63,759 nt of DNA, filler included, from Lama guanicoe (GCA_013239625.1; 206 parts of 206 records of this genome joined end to end with filler, not necessarily neighbours in it); one strand, 5' to 3'; positions 51,360-63,759 are shown, counted from the first letter of the whole stretch. The notes: a model not told the origin generated them from the sequence alone. Numbers and translations: made by a program.

Positions 51360-53319
51360 NNNNNNNNNNNNNNNNNNNNNNNNNNNNNNNNNNNNNNNNN
51401 NNNTTAATTAATTAANNNNNNNNNNNNNNNNNNNNNNNNNNNNNNNNNNNNNNNNNNNNACTTTCTTCCCTAACACTGACCCTTGAATTTTCCCCACCCT
51501 TAACTCCAATGTATTTGTCTGTTCACATTGGCTGGTTCATGTAGATTATTAACCTGAGTCTGGACTCTTTCCCTGGCTTTGACCTGACATACCCATGAGG
51601 CTCTTCTCCTGAAAACTGCCTTTTGACTCAGGTGTTAAAGTCTCAGGTGAGATGTCTGTCCTCTTTTGTNNNNNNNNNNNNNNNNNNNNNNNNNNNNNNN
51701 NNNNNNNNNNNNNTTAATTAATTAANNNNNNNNNNNNNNNNNNNNNNNNNNNNNNNNNNNNNNNNNNNNTCCGGGGAGACAAGCAGGGCATGTGAAACCC
51801 TTCCTTTCCCTCCTGTGTGGGCCACATTGAGAAGCAACCGGGATGCTCAGCTCCATGGCAGAACAGCCCTGTGCATGATGGGTCAGATCCTCTCAAGGAA
51901 AGGCTCGCTGTGGCCCAGAGATACATGGGACAGGGTAAGTCTCTACTTCTCGGACACAGTGTCATGACACGCATTTACCNNNNNNNNNNNNNNNNNNNNN
52001 NNNNNNNNNNNNNNNNNNNNNNNTTAATTAATTAANNNNNNNNNNNNNNNNNNNNNNNNNNNNNNNNNNNNNNNNNNNNTCTCCTTTATACTCTGCCCCA
52101 GGGCAACCAAGTTCCGCCCCCAAGAGCTTGTCAACCCAGCTGTTGTCTGTAAACCTGACCCTACCCACAGCAATTGGTCCTCCTCTTCCCTTGGCTTTCC
52201 TGCACCACAGCCCCTGGGCTCTGTTCCTGCCCCCCCCCCACTCCCTCTCCTTCTGCAGACTCACTCTCATCTGATGGGCAGCGTTCCACNNNNNNNNNNN
52301 NNNNNNNNNNNNNNNNNNNNNNNNNNNNNNNNNTTAATTAATTAANNNNNNNNNNNNNNNNNNNNNNNNNNNNNNNNNNNNNNNNNNNNTGACTATTATG
52401 TAACCTGATGCGAGTTGAGGCAGGGACAAAAGCACTTGGAAAAATTGAAAAGGAGGTGACGATGACTTTGGGGTTCAAAATCCCCTTTAGCGTACTCCCT
52501 GCTCTCCTGACTCAAGTAGCAGATCCCGAGGTCAGGAGTGGATTATATCAAGTAATATAAGTGTAAATATGGGGACAGTTCAAAGTACAGACTGGCAGTN
52601 NNNNNNNNNNNNNNNNNNNNNNNNNNNNNNNNNNNNNNNNNNNTTAATTAATTAANNNNNNNNNNNNNNNNNNNNNNNNNNNNNNNNNNNNNNNNNNNNA
52701 AAGCCTGGAAAAGGCAACAAAATGACAGGAGACCCAGTTACAAAGCAGGAACGTGTCACCCGAGCTGGGTGTTCACCAATTCCTCACTTTCCATTTCATC
52801 CTTCACCAGGACACCTGTAATTTTTCCTTTGGAAAGTTGCACGCAGTTCTAAGATGAGCCGGAGAAAAGCCATGATCTGTCACCCATGGTGACATTATCA
52901 GGGGCGGGGNNNNNNNNNNNNNNNNNNNNNNNNNNNNNNNNNNNNNNNNNNNNTTAATTAATTAANNNNNNNNNNNNNNNNNNNNNNNNNNNNNNNNNNN
53001 NNNNNNNNNAGGCATTATTCTTCATTTTGAAAATGAGGAAGCTGGGCATAGAGAGTTCCATGTATGCTGCTCACGGTCACATAGGTAGTGAGTGGCGATA
53101 GTGGACAGTGATAGTTCTGTGTTCCCATGTTGTCTTCTTTTGGAAATGATCCTCGACTTTTGACCTAAGGATTGGGAGTGTGATGTAGGCCAAACTAATC
53201 ATCTTCTGGGCAGTCATGANNNNNNNNNNNNNNNNNNNNNNNNNNNNNNNNNNNNNNNNNNNNTTAATTAATTAANNNNNNNNNNNNNNNNNNNNNNNNN
53301 NNNNNNNNNNNNNNNNNNN

Positions 53320-53529
53320 AAACAATGGCCAAAAGTTGTCCAAATCTGATTAAAAGTATACATCTCCACAACCAAGAAGCTCAACAAATCCCAAGCAAAA
53401 GAAACATGAAGAAAACTACACAAAGACACATGATTCAATTGCTCAAAACCAGCAATTAAAAGAAAACCATAAACGTAGCAAGAGGGAGAAACATTACATT
53501 CAAATGAACAAACAAAAGATGGCTGCAGA
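53320..53529 (+). mobile_element. Old LINE-1 ORF1 fragment
   Basis: ccaagaagctcaacaaatcccaagcaaaagaaacatgaagaaaactacacaaagacaca (QEAQ..P...N.KKTT.RH). Confidence 0.7.
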
Positions 53530-53629
53530 NNNNNNNNNNNNNNNNNNNNNNNNNNNNNNNNNNNNNNNNNNNNTTAATTAATTAANNNNNNNNNNNNNNN
53601 NNNNNNNNNNNNNNNNNNNNNNNNNNNNN

Positions 53630-54149
53630 ATAGAATAGACAATTATTGGATCAACATCTGACCATTTCTTTGATTTCACTCTAGATTTTTTATTTAAAAA
53701 ATTATTAACAATTATCCATAATGTATTTATAATTGCTTAGTCTTTAGTGTTTTTCTTTTCTGTCCTAGGATCCCATCCAGGATACCAAAGTACATTTAGT
53801 TGTTATGTCTCCTTAGTCTTCTGTTGGCTGTGGCATTTTNNNNNNNNNNNNNNNNNNNNNNNNNNNNNNNNNNNNNNNNNNNNTTAATTAATTAANNNNN
53901 NNNNNNNNNNNNNNNNNNNNNNNNNNNNNNNNNNNNNNNATAGAATAGACAATTATTGGATCAACATCTGACCATTTCTTTGATTTCATTCTAGATTTTT
54001 TATTTAAAAAATTATTAACAATTATCCATAATGTATTCATAATTGCTTAGTCTTTAATGTTTTTCTTTTCTGTCCTAGGATCCCATCCAGGATACCAAAC
54101 TACATTTAGTTGTTATGTCTCCTTAGTCTTCTGTTGGCTGTGGCATTTT
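53630..54149 (+). repeat. Near-identical contig pair 53630-53839 / 53940-54149 (assembly bubble arms)
   Basis: 4 substitutions at offsets 50, 99, 118, 161. Confidence 0.95.
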
Positions 54150-55800
54150 NNNNNNNNNNNNNNNNNNNNNNNNNNNNNNNNNNNNNNNNNNNNTTAATTA
54201 ATTAANNNNNNNNNNNNNNNNNNNNNNNNNNNNNNNNNNNNNNNNNNNNAACAGCATAAAAAATTCACAACATGATCTAATGCTGCTTAATGTGTCTCCC
54301 TTAATCATGGATAGGTAGCTAGGATGATTCAAAAACAAATAAGCAAAACATAGAAACTTAAAGGGAATAAATATGCCGCGAGAGAATAAGAATTCCAAAA
54401 TACATTAATCTTTAAAGCATTACAAACTGTAATTTAAAGAGAAAAATTGAGTAGAGTCTNNNNNNNNNNNNNNNNNNNNNNNNNNNNNNNNNNNNNNNNN
54501 NNNTTAATTAATTAANNNNNNNNNNNNNNNNNNNNNNNNNNNNNNNNNNNNNNNNNNNNGCCAAGAACTGGCGCAGCAGGGTGAGGCCCCGAGGGATCAG
54601 ATGGGAAGCAGACGGGGGTGCTCCTGGGGCTCTGGGCTAGTTCCTTGTCAGGCGGTAGCACCAGCCCAGGCCAGGTGCTGCCGCAGTGGGAACCAGGGGG
54701 ACAGGGCACTGGGCTGGACTGACCAGGCAGTGATTAAGAGTTACAGGGCCCTCTGGGTGCCCAGAGCCANNNNNNNNNNNNNNNNNNNNNNNNNNNNNNN
54801 NNNNNNNNNNNNNTTAATTAATTAANNNNNNNNNNNNNNNNNNNNNNNNNNNNNNNNNNNNNNNNNNNNCAGAGAGGAACTTTATGTCATGTTTATAGAA
54901 ACGTCAACACCTGCACCTTTACTGTGCTAGCTGCTTTTGTTCCTAATTGCTATTGTACAGATTTGTGCAGTGCTGGAACTTCGGGAGTTGCAGAAAAATA
55001 GGCACCACAAGAGGAAGGAGCCATGCCTGATTTTTTTTTTTTCCGACTGTATTCCCAGTTCCTGAATAGCACCTGACACNNNNNNNNNNNNNNNNNNNNN
55101 NNNNNNNNNNNNNNNNNNNNNNNTTAATTAATTAANNNNNNNNNNNNNNNNNNNNNNNNNNNNNNNNNNNNNNNNNNNNTCAAGTAGCAGATCTCACTGA
55201 TACAAGAGCCTGGAAACAAAGTAGCCTCTGGCTATTAGGAAGATATTTTATGATTGCCGTTCTGAACGTTTTCTTTTTTTTTGCTTGTATTTATATTAAA
55301 TCATTGAATAAGTGTGTGTTTTTGGTGTTTGTGTATGTACGAGTCTTTACATGCATTTTCTACTTTTTCAGGTAAAATTTTTATATACANNNNNNNNNNN
55401 NNNNNNNNNNNNNNNNNNNNNNNNNNNNNNNNNTTAATTAATTAANNNNNNNNNNNNNNNNNNNNNNNNNNNNNNNNNNNNNNNNNNNNGTCAGGAGGTC
55501 AGGAGGTCAGCAGGTCAGGAAAACAAACAGCAGGCAAGCGGACTCTCAGGAGCAGCTGGAGGGGACAAGATGTCTCCCTCCAAGCCTTCTCCTGTCTGAA
55601 AGCTGCCTTAGCAACACCTGATGCTTTATGCTCTCTCTCGACCAATCACCTGCCTTTGCCCCTGGCACCTCACAGTGGACATTCTGAGTGACCTCACTTN
55701 NNNNNNNNNNNNNNNNNNNNNNNNNNNNNNNNNNNNNNNNNNNTTAATTAATTAANNNNNNNNNNNNNNNNNNNNNNNNNNNNNNNNNNNNNNNNNNNNT

Positions 55801-56007
55801 ATCTAAAATTCCTTTAAATTTCTTTCCCTGAATTTCTAAGGTCAATTCAGACCTCTGGCTGCTTATTTGCTGTATCCAATAAGCGTCAGAAGAGCCAAAG
55901 CCTGCAGTGCCTCTTTTACGTTCAGTTTTAGTTTTTCCCATAGTAAGAGTGGGTAAAAGGATTAATTGAGCAATACGTTGCCCTGCAGGAATGGCTGTTA
56001 TGGTCTG
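55801..56007 (-). mobile_element. pro: Endogenous betaretrovirus (class II) pro gene fragment: dUTPase C-terminus fused to protease N-terminus, open frame
   Basis: 69 uninterrupted codons: QTITAIPAGQRIAQLILLPTLTMGKTKTERKRGTAGFGSSDAYWIQQISSQRSELTLEIQGKKFKGILD. Contains dUTPase motif 4 (GQRIAQL) and motif 5 (RGxxGFGSS), then protease sequence up to the catalytic Asp of LD(TG). Confidence 0.92.
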
Positions 56008-56419
56008 TGNNNNNNNNNNNNNNNNNNNNNNNNNNNNNNNNNNNNNNNNNNNNTTAATTAATTAANNNNNNNNNNNNNNNNNNNNNNNNNNNNNNNNNNN
56101 NNNNNNNNNAGTCCCTCTTCTTCCACTTCCCGCCGCTGCTCAGAGACGGCCAGGTGACGCCCGCTCCACGCTGCTGTCTGTCTGTGTCGTAGCAATTCCA
56201 CTTTTCACAGCTCTTTTGCTTTCCACCCTCTTACCGCCTGCAGACACGGTGGACGCCGTGCTCTGAGTCAAAGGCAGTGGGGCTCTCCAGGGATTATTTT
56301 TTCAGAATTGGCTCTTTTTNNNNNNNNNNNNNNNNNNNNNNNNNNNNNNNNNNNNNNNNNNNNTTAATTAATTAANNNNNNNNNNNNNNNNNNNNNNNNN
56401 NNNNNNNNNNNNNNNNNNN

Positions 56420-56629
56420 CTATGAGGTACCACAAGATCTTGTAAATATTTCCCTGAAGTATACAGTATAATTTTTTTGTCTATTCTGCATTTTAAAATC
56501 TCAGTCTGTCCCTTCCCACGCCTCGCCCCTTTGGCAAACACAAGATTGTATTTTATGTCTAAGAGTCTCTTTCTGTTTTGTATTAATCTTTGTTTTCTTT
56601 TTTAGATTCCGCATATGAGCGATCTCATA
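56420..56629 (-). mobile_element. Young LINE-1 3' UTR (same family as 23870-24079)
   Basis: accacaagatcttgtaaatatttccctgaagtatacagtataat...tttggcaaacacaag...ttagattccgcatatgagcgatctcata. Confidence 0.8.
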
Positions 56630-57039
56630 NNNNNNNNNNNNNNNNNNNNNNNNNNNNNNNNNNNNNNNNNNNNTTAATTAATTAANNNNNNNNNNNNNNN
56701 NNNNNNNNNNNNNNNNNNNNNNNNNNNNNGCTCCTACAGCAGGAAGAACCCAAGGGTAGAGTCTGGAGTTTGCTGTCTTGCTGCGCACAGTACCACAGCA
56801 GGGGAGGAACCCGTTCGAAAAATCCAGACCCCGGCCACGCCCCCAGCCACTGATTCTTCAGGGATCAGGCCCTGAATACGCATTCTAAGTAGGTACCCCA
56901 GAAAACTACCCTGGATACCTGTTACCCAAACCTTGTGAANNNNNNNNNNNNNNNNNNNNNNNNNNNNNNNNNNNNNNNNNNNNTTAATTAATTAANNNNN
57001 NNNNNNNNNNNNNNNNNNNNNNNNNNNNNNNNNNNNNNN

Positions 57040-57138
57040 TTTATTTATTTATTCATTTTAGAGGAGGTACTGGGGACTGAACCCAGGATCTTGTGAATGC
57101 TAAGCATGCACTTTACCACTTGAGCTATACCCTCCTCC
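57040..57138 (-). mobile_element. tRNA-derived SINE, vic-1-like (camelid)
   Basis: Minus strand reads gagggtatagctcaagtggtaaagtgcatgcttagcattcacaagatcctgggttcagtccccagtacctcc plus (AAAT)n, with A-box TAGCTCAAGTGG and B-box GGTTCAGTCCC. Confidence 0.8.
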
Positions 57139-58279
57139 TGTATATGTTTTCATATGCTAATAACTGTATTTTTTTTTTCAATTGTCTGCTCTCTCTCGTA
57201 CCCACTTCTCTATAGGGATACCCATATTTCCCTTAATGATTTGTAGGAANNNNNNNNNNNNNNNNNNNNNNNNNNNNNNNNNNNNNNNNNNNNTTAATTA
57301 ATTAANNNNNNNNNNNNNNNNNNNNNNNNNNNNNNNNNNNNNNNNNNNNCTTCCACCATCTTGGCGCTAATGGCTGTGTCATTCTTTTAATGGCTGTGTC
57401 CTGCTCCTTTCCTTCCTGTCTCATTACTAATCACAAAAAAAGGTCTAAAGGTATATCCAAAAGCTTGGATCTTTATTGAGATTTACAGAAACAATTTTAG
57501 GATTTACTTGAATGTAAGAAAATCAAATGTATTTGAAGTCTAATTTGAATTGTTCTTCCNNNNNNNNNNNNNNNNNNNNNNNNNNNNNNNNNNNNNNNNN
57601 NNNTTAATTAATTAANNNNNNNNNNNNNNNNNNNNNNNNNNNNNNNNNNNNNNNNNNNNCTTGGAGAGAACGTCTCTTCCACTGCCAACTTCATCTGGTG
57701 GATGCGTTTATTTCAAGCTCCCTATTTTATGCCTCAGTCTGTGTTGTACATCCAGTAGTGGCTCCTTACCTTATGTAGCCAAATGTAATCCCAAGTAATG
57801 ACAGGATACACAGAATTAAATCAAAATAGAAAATAAGAGAAAGCACTTGTCTTCCACATAAGGAGAAATNNNNNNNNNNNNNNNNNNNNNNNNNNNNNNN
57901 NNNNNNNNNNNNNTTAATTAATTAANNNNNNNNNNNNNNNNNNNNNNNNNNNNNNNNNNNNNNNNNNNNGTCACAACTTTATATTTTTTAGCACAATAGT
58001 GCTATTGTTAATATTTAATAAATGTTATTTCTAATATGTGTGGTATTTACTATAAATTTTATTATGGAAGTCTTCTATTTCTAGTATGCTAACTTTTTCT
58101 CAAGAGTAAATTTTATTACCTTTTTCTCGCTTATATTTTTGTTGTAAATTTTATGTGTTGAACTCTGGGTAACTGTAACNNNNNNNNNNNNNNNNNNNNN
58201 NNNNNNNNNNNNNNNNNNNNNNNTTAATTAATTAANNNNNNNNNNNNNNNNNNNNNNNNNNNNNNNNNNNNNNNNNNNN

Positions 58280-58489
58280 ATAGAACTCCAGTATAATCCA
58301 GCAATCCCATTTCTGGGCATATATCCTAAAGAATTAAAATGAGGTTCTTAAAGAGATATTAGCATTCCCAAGTTTACTGCAGCACAATTCACAATAGCCA
58401 AGATGTGAAAACAACTTACATGTCTGTCTACAGATGAATGGACAGAGGTTTCAGCTAAAGATGAGTAAGCTCCAGAGACCTGCTGTACA
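58280..58489 (+). mobile_element. LINE-1 3' ORF2 fragment
   Basis: atccagcaatcccatttctgggcatatatcctaaagaatt...ttcacaatagccaagatgtgaaaacaac...acagatgaatgga. Confidence 0.85.
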
Positions 58490-60759
58490 NNNNNNNNNNN
58501 NNNNNNNNNNNNNNNNNNNNNNNNNNNNNNNNNTTAATTAATTAANNNNNNNNNNNNNNNNNNNNNNNNNNNNNNNNNNNNNNNNNNNNTATTTGATGGT
58601 TCCCTATAGATCATGTAAGCTTTCTTTGCTTTTTCTCATTCCTTTTTTGTTTGTTTGTTCTCCTTTGAGTTATTTCCAAGTACCTAACTTCAGCTCACTG
58701 ATTCTTTCATTTATTGTATTCTGCTATAAATGCTCTCTACTGCATTTTTCATTTCATTCATTGAATTATTTAGCTCCAGAATATCTGTTGTTTTTTTTTN
58801 NNNNNNNNNNNNNNNNNNNNNNNNNNNNNNNNNNNNNNNNNNNTTAATTAATTAANNNNNNNNNNNNNNNNNNNNNNNNNNNNNNNNNNNNNNNNNNNNG
58901 ATAAGAATAAAAGAATATAAATATTAACAAGCCCTGACAAAGTAGAGAGTTTTTTTAAAAAAATTTAAGTGTATCCAATACAAAATGAGAGAGCAAAATA
59001 GGGACAAAGATTAAATAATATAGAAAATTAAAGATACATGGTGTGTGGTTGATGAAATTGTTTAAAGGTTATTAAGTATATGATTTACAGTTACAAAATA
59101 AAATAAAAANNNNNNNNNNNNNNNNNNNNNNNNNNNNNNNNNNNNNNNNNNNNTTAATTAATTAANNNNNNNNNNNNNNNNNNNNNNNNNNNNNNNNNNN
59201 NNNNNNNNNTTTCTTTTTCCCAAAGGATAATCTAATTGAGGCTATAAGCTTTATTCTTATAAGGGTGGGTTTGTAAAGTGATGTGTTCAGGGCTTTTCAT
59301 GGTACCACAGACAATTAGGTGTTTAGTACTTTCTAAAGATATTATCTCCATCTAACTCAAGTTCCTTCATCCACATCTTTGAGTCCATTTCACTCCAGCT
59401 ATTTTAACAGACATACCAANNNNNNNNNNNNNNNNNNNNNNNNNNNNNNNNNNNNNNNNNNNNTTAATTAATTAANNNNNNNNNNNNNNNNNNNNNNNNN
59501 NNNNNNNNNNNNNNNNNNNAACGAGTTTCCTTGGCTTCTCAGTGTATCCCACCTCCTCCAGGGTCAAGCCCTTGGCTCTATTAGACTTTAATTAGCAGGA
59601 GAGACCAGAAGGCGGACACTGCTGCCTGAGAGCTAATGATCTGAAGGGAAGATGGTAATGGAAATGAAACCAAAACTCCCTAACATAGCCTGGTGTCAGA
59701 GAGAAGGCGCACCTCCATCAGAAAGCTCGNNNNNNNNNNNNNNNNNNNNNNNNNNNNNNNNNNNNNNNNNNNNTTAATTAATTAANNNNNNNNNNNNNNN
59801 NNNNNNNNNNNNNNNNNNNNNNNNNNNNNAAAAAAATGAAATTTAAAATCATATCTGTTTAGGTTGAAGACTGAGTAGGGGTGGGAGAATCAACCGAAAT
59901 GGCGACAGAGGAGGCTCCGGAACGTCTCTCCTCCTGGGAGAGCGCCACAAGTACAGCTGCACTTGAAGCAGTTCCCTCAGGGAAACCCAGAGACTAGATG
60001 GCCAACCACTACATTCTGGGTAAATTTAAAAAAAAAAAANNNNNNNNNNNNNNNNNNNNNNNNNNNNNNNNNNNNNNNNNNNNTTAATTAATTAANNNNN
60101 NNNNNNNNNNNNNNNNNNNNNNNNNNNNNNNNNNNNNNNTAGTCAAATTGAATCAATTCTTCATTTAAATTGCTTACACTTTTTAACTATTCTGCAAGAA
60201 CTTCAACTAACATCATTAGGGAAATATTTTTAAACATCTTAATAATCTGAACTAATTTAAGCAAAATGGAACTTCAAGGTAAATGATTATATAATTTCTG
60301 TAGCATTTTAATATGTATTTAGGTCCCAATAAGAAGGACTGTATTTATTNNNNNNNNNNNNNNNNNNNNNNNNNNNNNNNNNNNNNNNNNNNNTTAATTA
60401 ATTAANNNNNNNNNNNNNNNNNNNNNNNNNNNNNNNNNNNNNNNNNNNNACCAACTTCAGCCTTCTGACACCACAAACGTTTTCCTGGCCTTCCTTAACG
60501 TTTGCAAATAGACAAATTTCTGGCAGTGAAATGCTTTATCAAAATTAAAGAATGAACTCTCAACATTCTCAAGTGTGAAGTTGAACTGAAAAACTTCCAG
60601 TGTCCCCATCCAGCTGTAAGATACCACTGTCCTTCCTGCCAGATGACAAGCCATTCACGNNNNNNNNNNNNNNNNNNNNNNNNNNNNNNNNNNNNNNNNN
60701 NNNTTAATTAATTAANNNNNNNNNNNNNNNNNNNNNNNNNNNNNNNNNNNNNNNNNNNN

Positions 60760-60969
60760 TCATAAACACAGAAAGCAGAATGGAAGTTGCCAGGGGCTAG
60801 GGGTGGGGAAATGGAGTTATTGTTTAAAGGATTACAGAGAGCTGTTGGGGATGATGAAAAAGTTCCGGAAACACACAGTGGTATGGGCTGGACAACATTT
60901 TGAACGCACTTAATGTCACAAGATTGTTCACTTACAAATGAAAAAAAATTATGCTATATATATATATAT
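60760..60969 (+). mobile_element. L1MB/L1MC-type 3' UTR fragment
   Basis: acagaaagcagaatggaagttgccaggggctagggg...gggatgatgaaaaagttccgga...cacttaatgtcac. Confidence 0.75.
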
Positions 60970-61069
60970 NNNNNNNNNNNNNNNNNNNNNNNNNNNNNNN
61001 NNNNNNNNNNNNNTTAATTAATTAANNNNNNNNNNNNNNNNNNNNNNNNNNNNNNNNNNNNNNNNNNNN

Positions 61070-61279
61070 ACTTATATCCATTTCCTTCCCTAAGTTTGGG
61101 AAGTTTCCAGCTATTTTTAAAAAATATACTCTGAACTCCCTTCTCTCTCTCTTCTCCTTCTGGGATACCCGTTATTTTTATGTTGTTATTTCTAATGGAG
61201 TCAGAGAATTCTTGTAGGGCTTCTTCACTTAAAAAAAAAATCTTAGTTCTCTCTCCTCTTGCACCTTAATAATGTCTAT
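61070..61279 (-). mobile_element. LINE-1 ORF1 fragment
   Basis: tttccttccctaagtttgggaagtttccagctatt...tcttctccttctgggatacc, reverse of I..GIPEGEE...ENFPNL. Confidence 0.7.
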
Positions 61280-61379
61280 NNNNNNNNNNNNNNNNNNNNN
61301 NNNNNNNNNNNNNNNNNNNNNNNTTAATTAATTAANNNNNNNNNNNNNNNNNNNNNNNNNNNNNNNNNNNNNNNNNNNN

Positions 61380-61535
61380 GCTTGATTATGTAACTAATGC
61401 TGATCAGATGATTCCAGATGGACTGTTTGAAGATTCCACTTCTGGGAGACCTGACACCATAATTAAGTCTCAGTTTGGTGACATGGGGCTTACCACAAAT
61501 GACTCCATTTTGAGCCTCTTTTGTTGTTTTTAACA
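61380..61535 (-). mobile_element. ERV LTR 5' end
   Basis: Minus strand starts TGTTAAA...aggctcaaaatggagtcatttgtg, a typical ERV1 LTR start. Confidence 0.45.
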
Positions 61536-62967
61536 ATACATTTTTTTTCCCAAGAACACAGCTAATTAATAAAACAGGGCTGCAAAATGNNNNNNNNNNN
61601 NNNNNNNNNNNNNNNNNNNNNNNNNNNNNNNNNTTAATTAATTAANNNNNNNNNNNNNNNNNNNNNNNNNNNNNNNNNNNNNNNNNNNNTCCAGTAGTAC
61701 TTGCATCCCAGGCATTTGAGCTTCTTATTTACCACCTTCATGCCCTGCTCCTGGAAAAATAATATTACATAGTTTGCTTTTGGTATCCTTGTTTTTATCC
61801 ACCCCTTCCCTTTCATTAGCCATGTCCGTCATTTCCCTGATGTCCTTCTGATGCTCAGGTATCAGCACTGGGTACAAATCAGTTTTATTTTATTTTTTAN
61901 NNNNNNNNNNNNNNNNNNNNNNNNNNNNNNNNNNNNNNNNNNNTTAATTAATTAANNNNNNNNNNNNNNNNNNNNNNNNNNNNNNNNNNNNNNNNNNNNG
62001 GTGGGGGCACAGCTGGGCACTGGGAGACGTAGGAGCTGGACCATCACCCTTGGCAGCTGAGTGTTTATGGAGGGGGCTGGGTGTGGATGGCGGTTGGTGG
62101 TCTGAGCTGAGTGGGCCTCTGAGTGGTAGGGCCCAGCCTTGAGCTTCATGAGTGGGGGAGGAGCTCTGAAACCAGATCTGTAGACAGGCACTAAAGTTGC
62201 CTAGCAACANNNNNNNNNNNNNNNNNNNNNNNNNNNNNNNNNNNNNNNNNNNNTTAATTAATTAANNNNNNNNNNNNNNNNNNNNNNNNNNNNNNNNNNN
62301 NNNNNNNNNATCATTTGACTGCCCTGATACGCACTAGATTGTAATCCTTTTAGGTCCCCTAAGGAGTAGAATGAAACAGAGCAAAACAGGGTTTTTTTTT
62401 AAGCTAATGAATCTAGATGAAAAAAAGCACCTGTAAATGCACCTGCTCCCTGAGGCCCGGCTCCTGGTTTCAGGGACCGTAGGTGCGCGCCCGGGTGCGC
62501 CGTGAACAGCTGTGATTCTNNNNNNNNNNNNNNNNNNNNNNNNNNNNNNNNNNNNNNNNNNNNTTAATTAATTAANNNNNNNNNNNNNNNNNNNNNNNNN
62601 NNNNNNNNNNNNNNNNNNNGTGTGTGTGATGTGTCCAGGAAACAGTGGGAAGTCGGTGTGGCTGCACATGAGTGAGCTGGGGGCACTGGTAGGACAGGAG
62701 GTCAGAGAAGTAAGGGGGGAAATTGTGTAAACTCCGGAAAAATCGTGGTTGGCTCTTTAGCTTTTACTCTTTGTGGAGTGGGGTGCGGTGTGATCAGAGT
62801 CACAGTTTAGAATGTCACACCGGAAAGATNNNNNNNNNNNNNNNNNNNNNNNNNNNNNNNNNNNNNNNNNNNNTTAATTAATTAANNNNNNNNNNNNNNN
62901 NNNNNNNNNNNNNNNNNNNNNNNNNNNNNAATGGGGGGGCATATGGCTTGCTGTAAGGCCTTAGATT

Positions 62968-63031
62968 TCATATATTATATATATAATAATAATATAATAT
63001 ATATATAATATATTATATACAATATATATAT
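62968..63031. repeat. AT-rich low-complexity tract
   Basis: catatattatatatataataataatatataatatatataatatattatatac. Confidence 0.85.
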
Positions 63032-63239
63032 GGGGTTCATATACTATCGCCAGTTCCAGAACACTAATGAGAAAGAGACTTTTCAAACCTAGGTCACAGA
63101 ACACCTTGTATAGGCCTCAGAATGTACCTTGGATCACATNNNNNNNNNNNNNNNNNNNNNNNNNNNNNNNNNNNNNNNNNNNNTTAATTAATTAANNNNN
63201 NNNNNNNNNNNNNNNNNNNNNNNNNNNNNNNNNNNNNNN

Positions 63240-63449
63240 TTGATTCATTTTTTTGTTTTACTTTTTAGACCCCACATATAAGTGATAATGTACAGTGTTG
63301 GTTTTTCTCTGTCTGACTTACTTCACTAGACATACTATCTTCTACGTTCATCCATGGTGTTGGAAACAGCAATGTTTTATTCTTTGTTATGGCTGAGTAA
63401 TATTCCATCCCATGTATACATCATGACTTCCTTCTTCATTGATCTCTCA
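63240..63449 (-). mobile_element. LINE-1 3' end fragment
   Basis: ttagaccccacatataagtgataat...ctctgtctgacttacttcactaga...tatggctgagtaatattccat. Confidence 0.85.
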
Positions 63450-63759
63450 NNNNNNNNNNNNNNNNNNNNNNNNNNNNNNNNNNNNNNNNNNNNTTAATTA
63501 ATTAANNNNNNNNNNNNNNNNNNNNNNNNNNNNNNNNNNNNNNNNNNNNCCCTGTGGGGAAGATGTGTACTATTCAACGTGGAAAAAGATTTTTTTTTTC
63601 AGAGCATTATTTCCGTAGGGGGAAAAAAAGTACTCTAGCAACATGTGTAAATTCTCAATCTTTTGGGAAGTTTGGGCACAGAGAAAATTATGCAAAAATA
63701 AAACAAATTATGTTCTGTCATTTTCTTTTACCTTCTTTAGGTGCAATAAAGGATATGCC

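Noticed and set aside
57060..57138. tRNA gene
   Set aside because: It has A and B boxes but no convincing acceptor stem, carries an (AAAT)n tail, and has a homologous diverged copy at 24800, so it is a SINE

Overview
This window is not contiguous genomic DNA. It is an artificial concatemer of 206 short unplaced contigs (205 of 210 bp, one of 209 bp at 11471-11679). They are joined by 205 identical 100-bp linkers, N44-TTAATTAATTAA-N44, whose palindromic core has stop codons in all six frames. The arithmetic is exact: 206x210 + 205x100 - 1 = 63759. Adjacent contigs are therefore unlinked, and almost every ORF in the supplied track (those ending in X...LIN, X...N or X...) is a read-through artefact. 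The contigs are placental-mammal DNA, most likely camelid: two tRNA-derived SINEs resemble the camelid vic-1 family and several young L1 3' UTRs look camelid-type. Recognisable content is mostly repeat fragments (L1 ORF1/ORF2/3'UTR, MLT1, ERVL pol, ERV LTRs, MER2B, MER5A, MER20, MER33, MIR). Three protein-coding fragments stand out: an ACVRL1-like kinase exon, a KIF2B-like kinesin-13 motor segment with an in-frame stop, and an uninterrupted betaretroviral dUTPase-protease segment. Four near-identical contig pairs all first differ at base 50 and last differ at base 161, the signature of unresolved de Bruijn bubbles with 49-base overlaps. I found no evidence of a multi-gene novel system, and the layout could not show one. 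The best leads are the betaretroviral fragment, the stop-containing KIF2B copy, a heptamer satellite with 63/126-bp higher-order structure and a possible rDNA Sal-box fragment. Repeat and protein family names come from recalled consensus sequences, not database searches.
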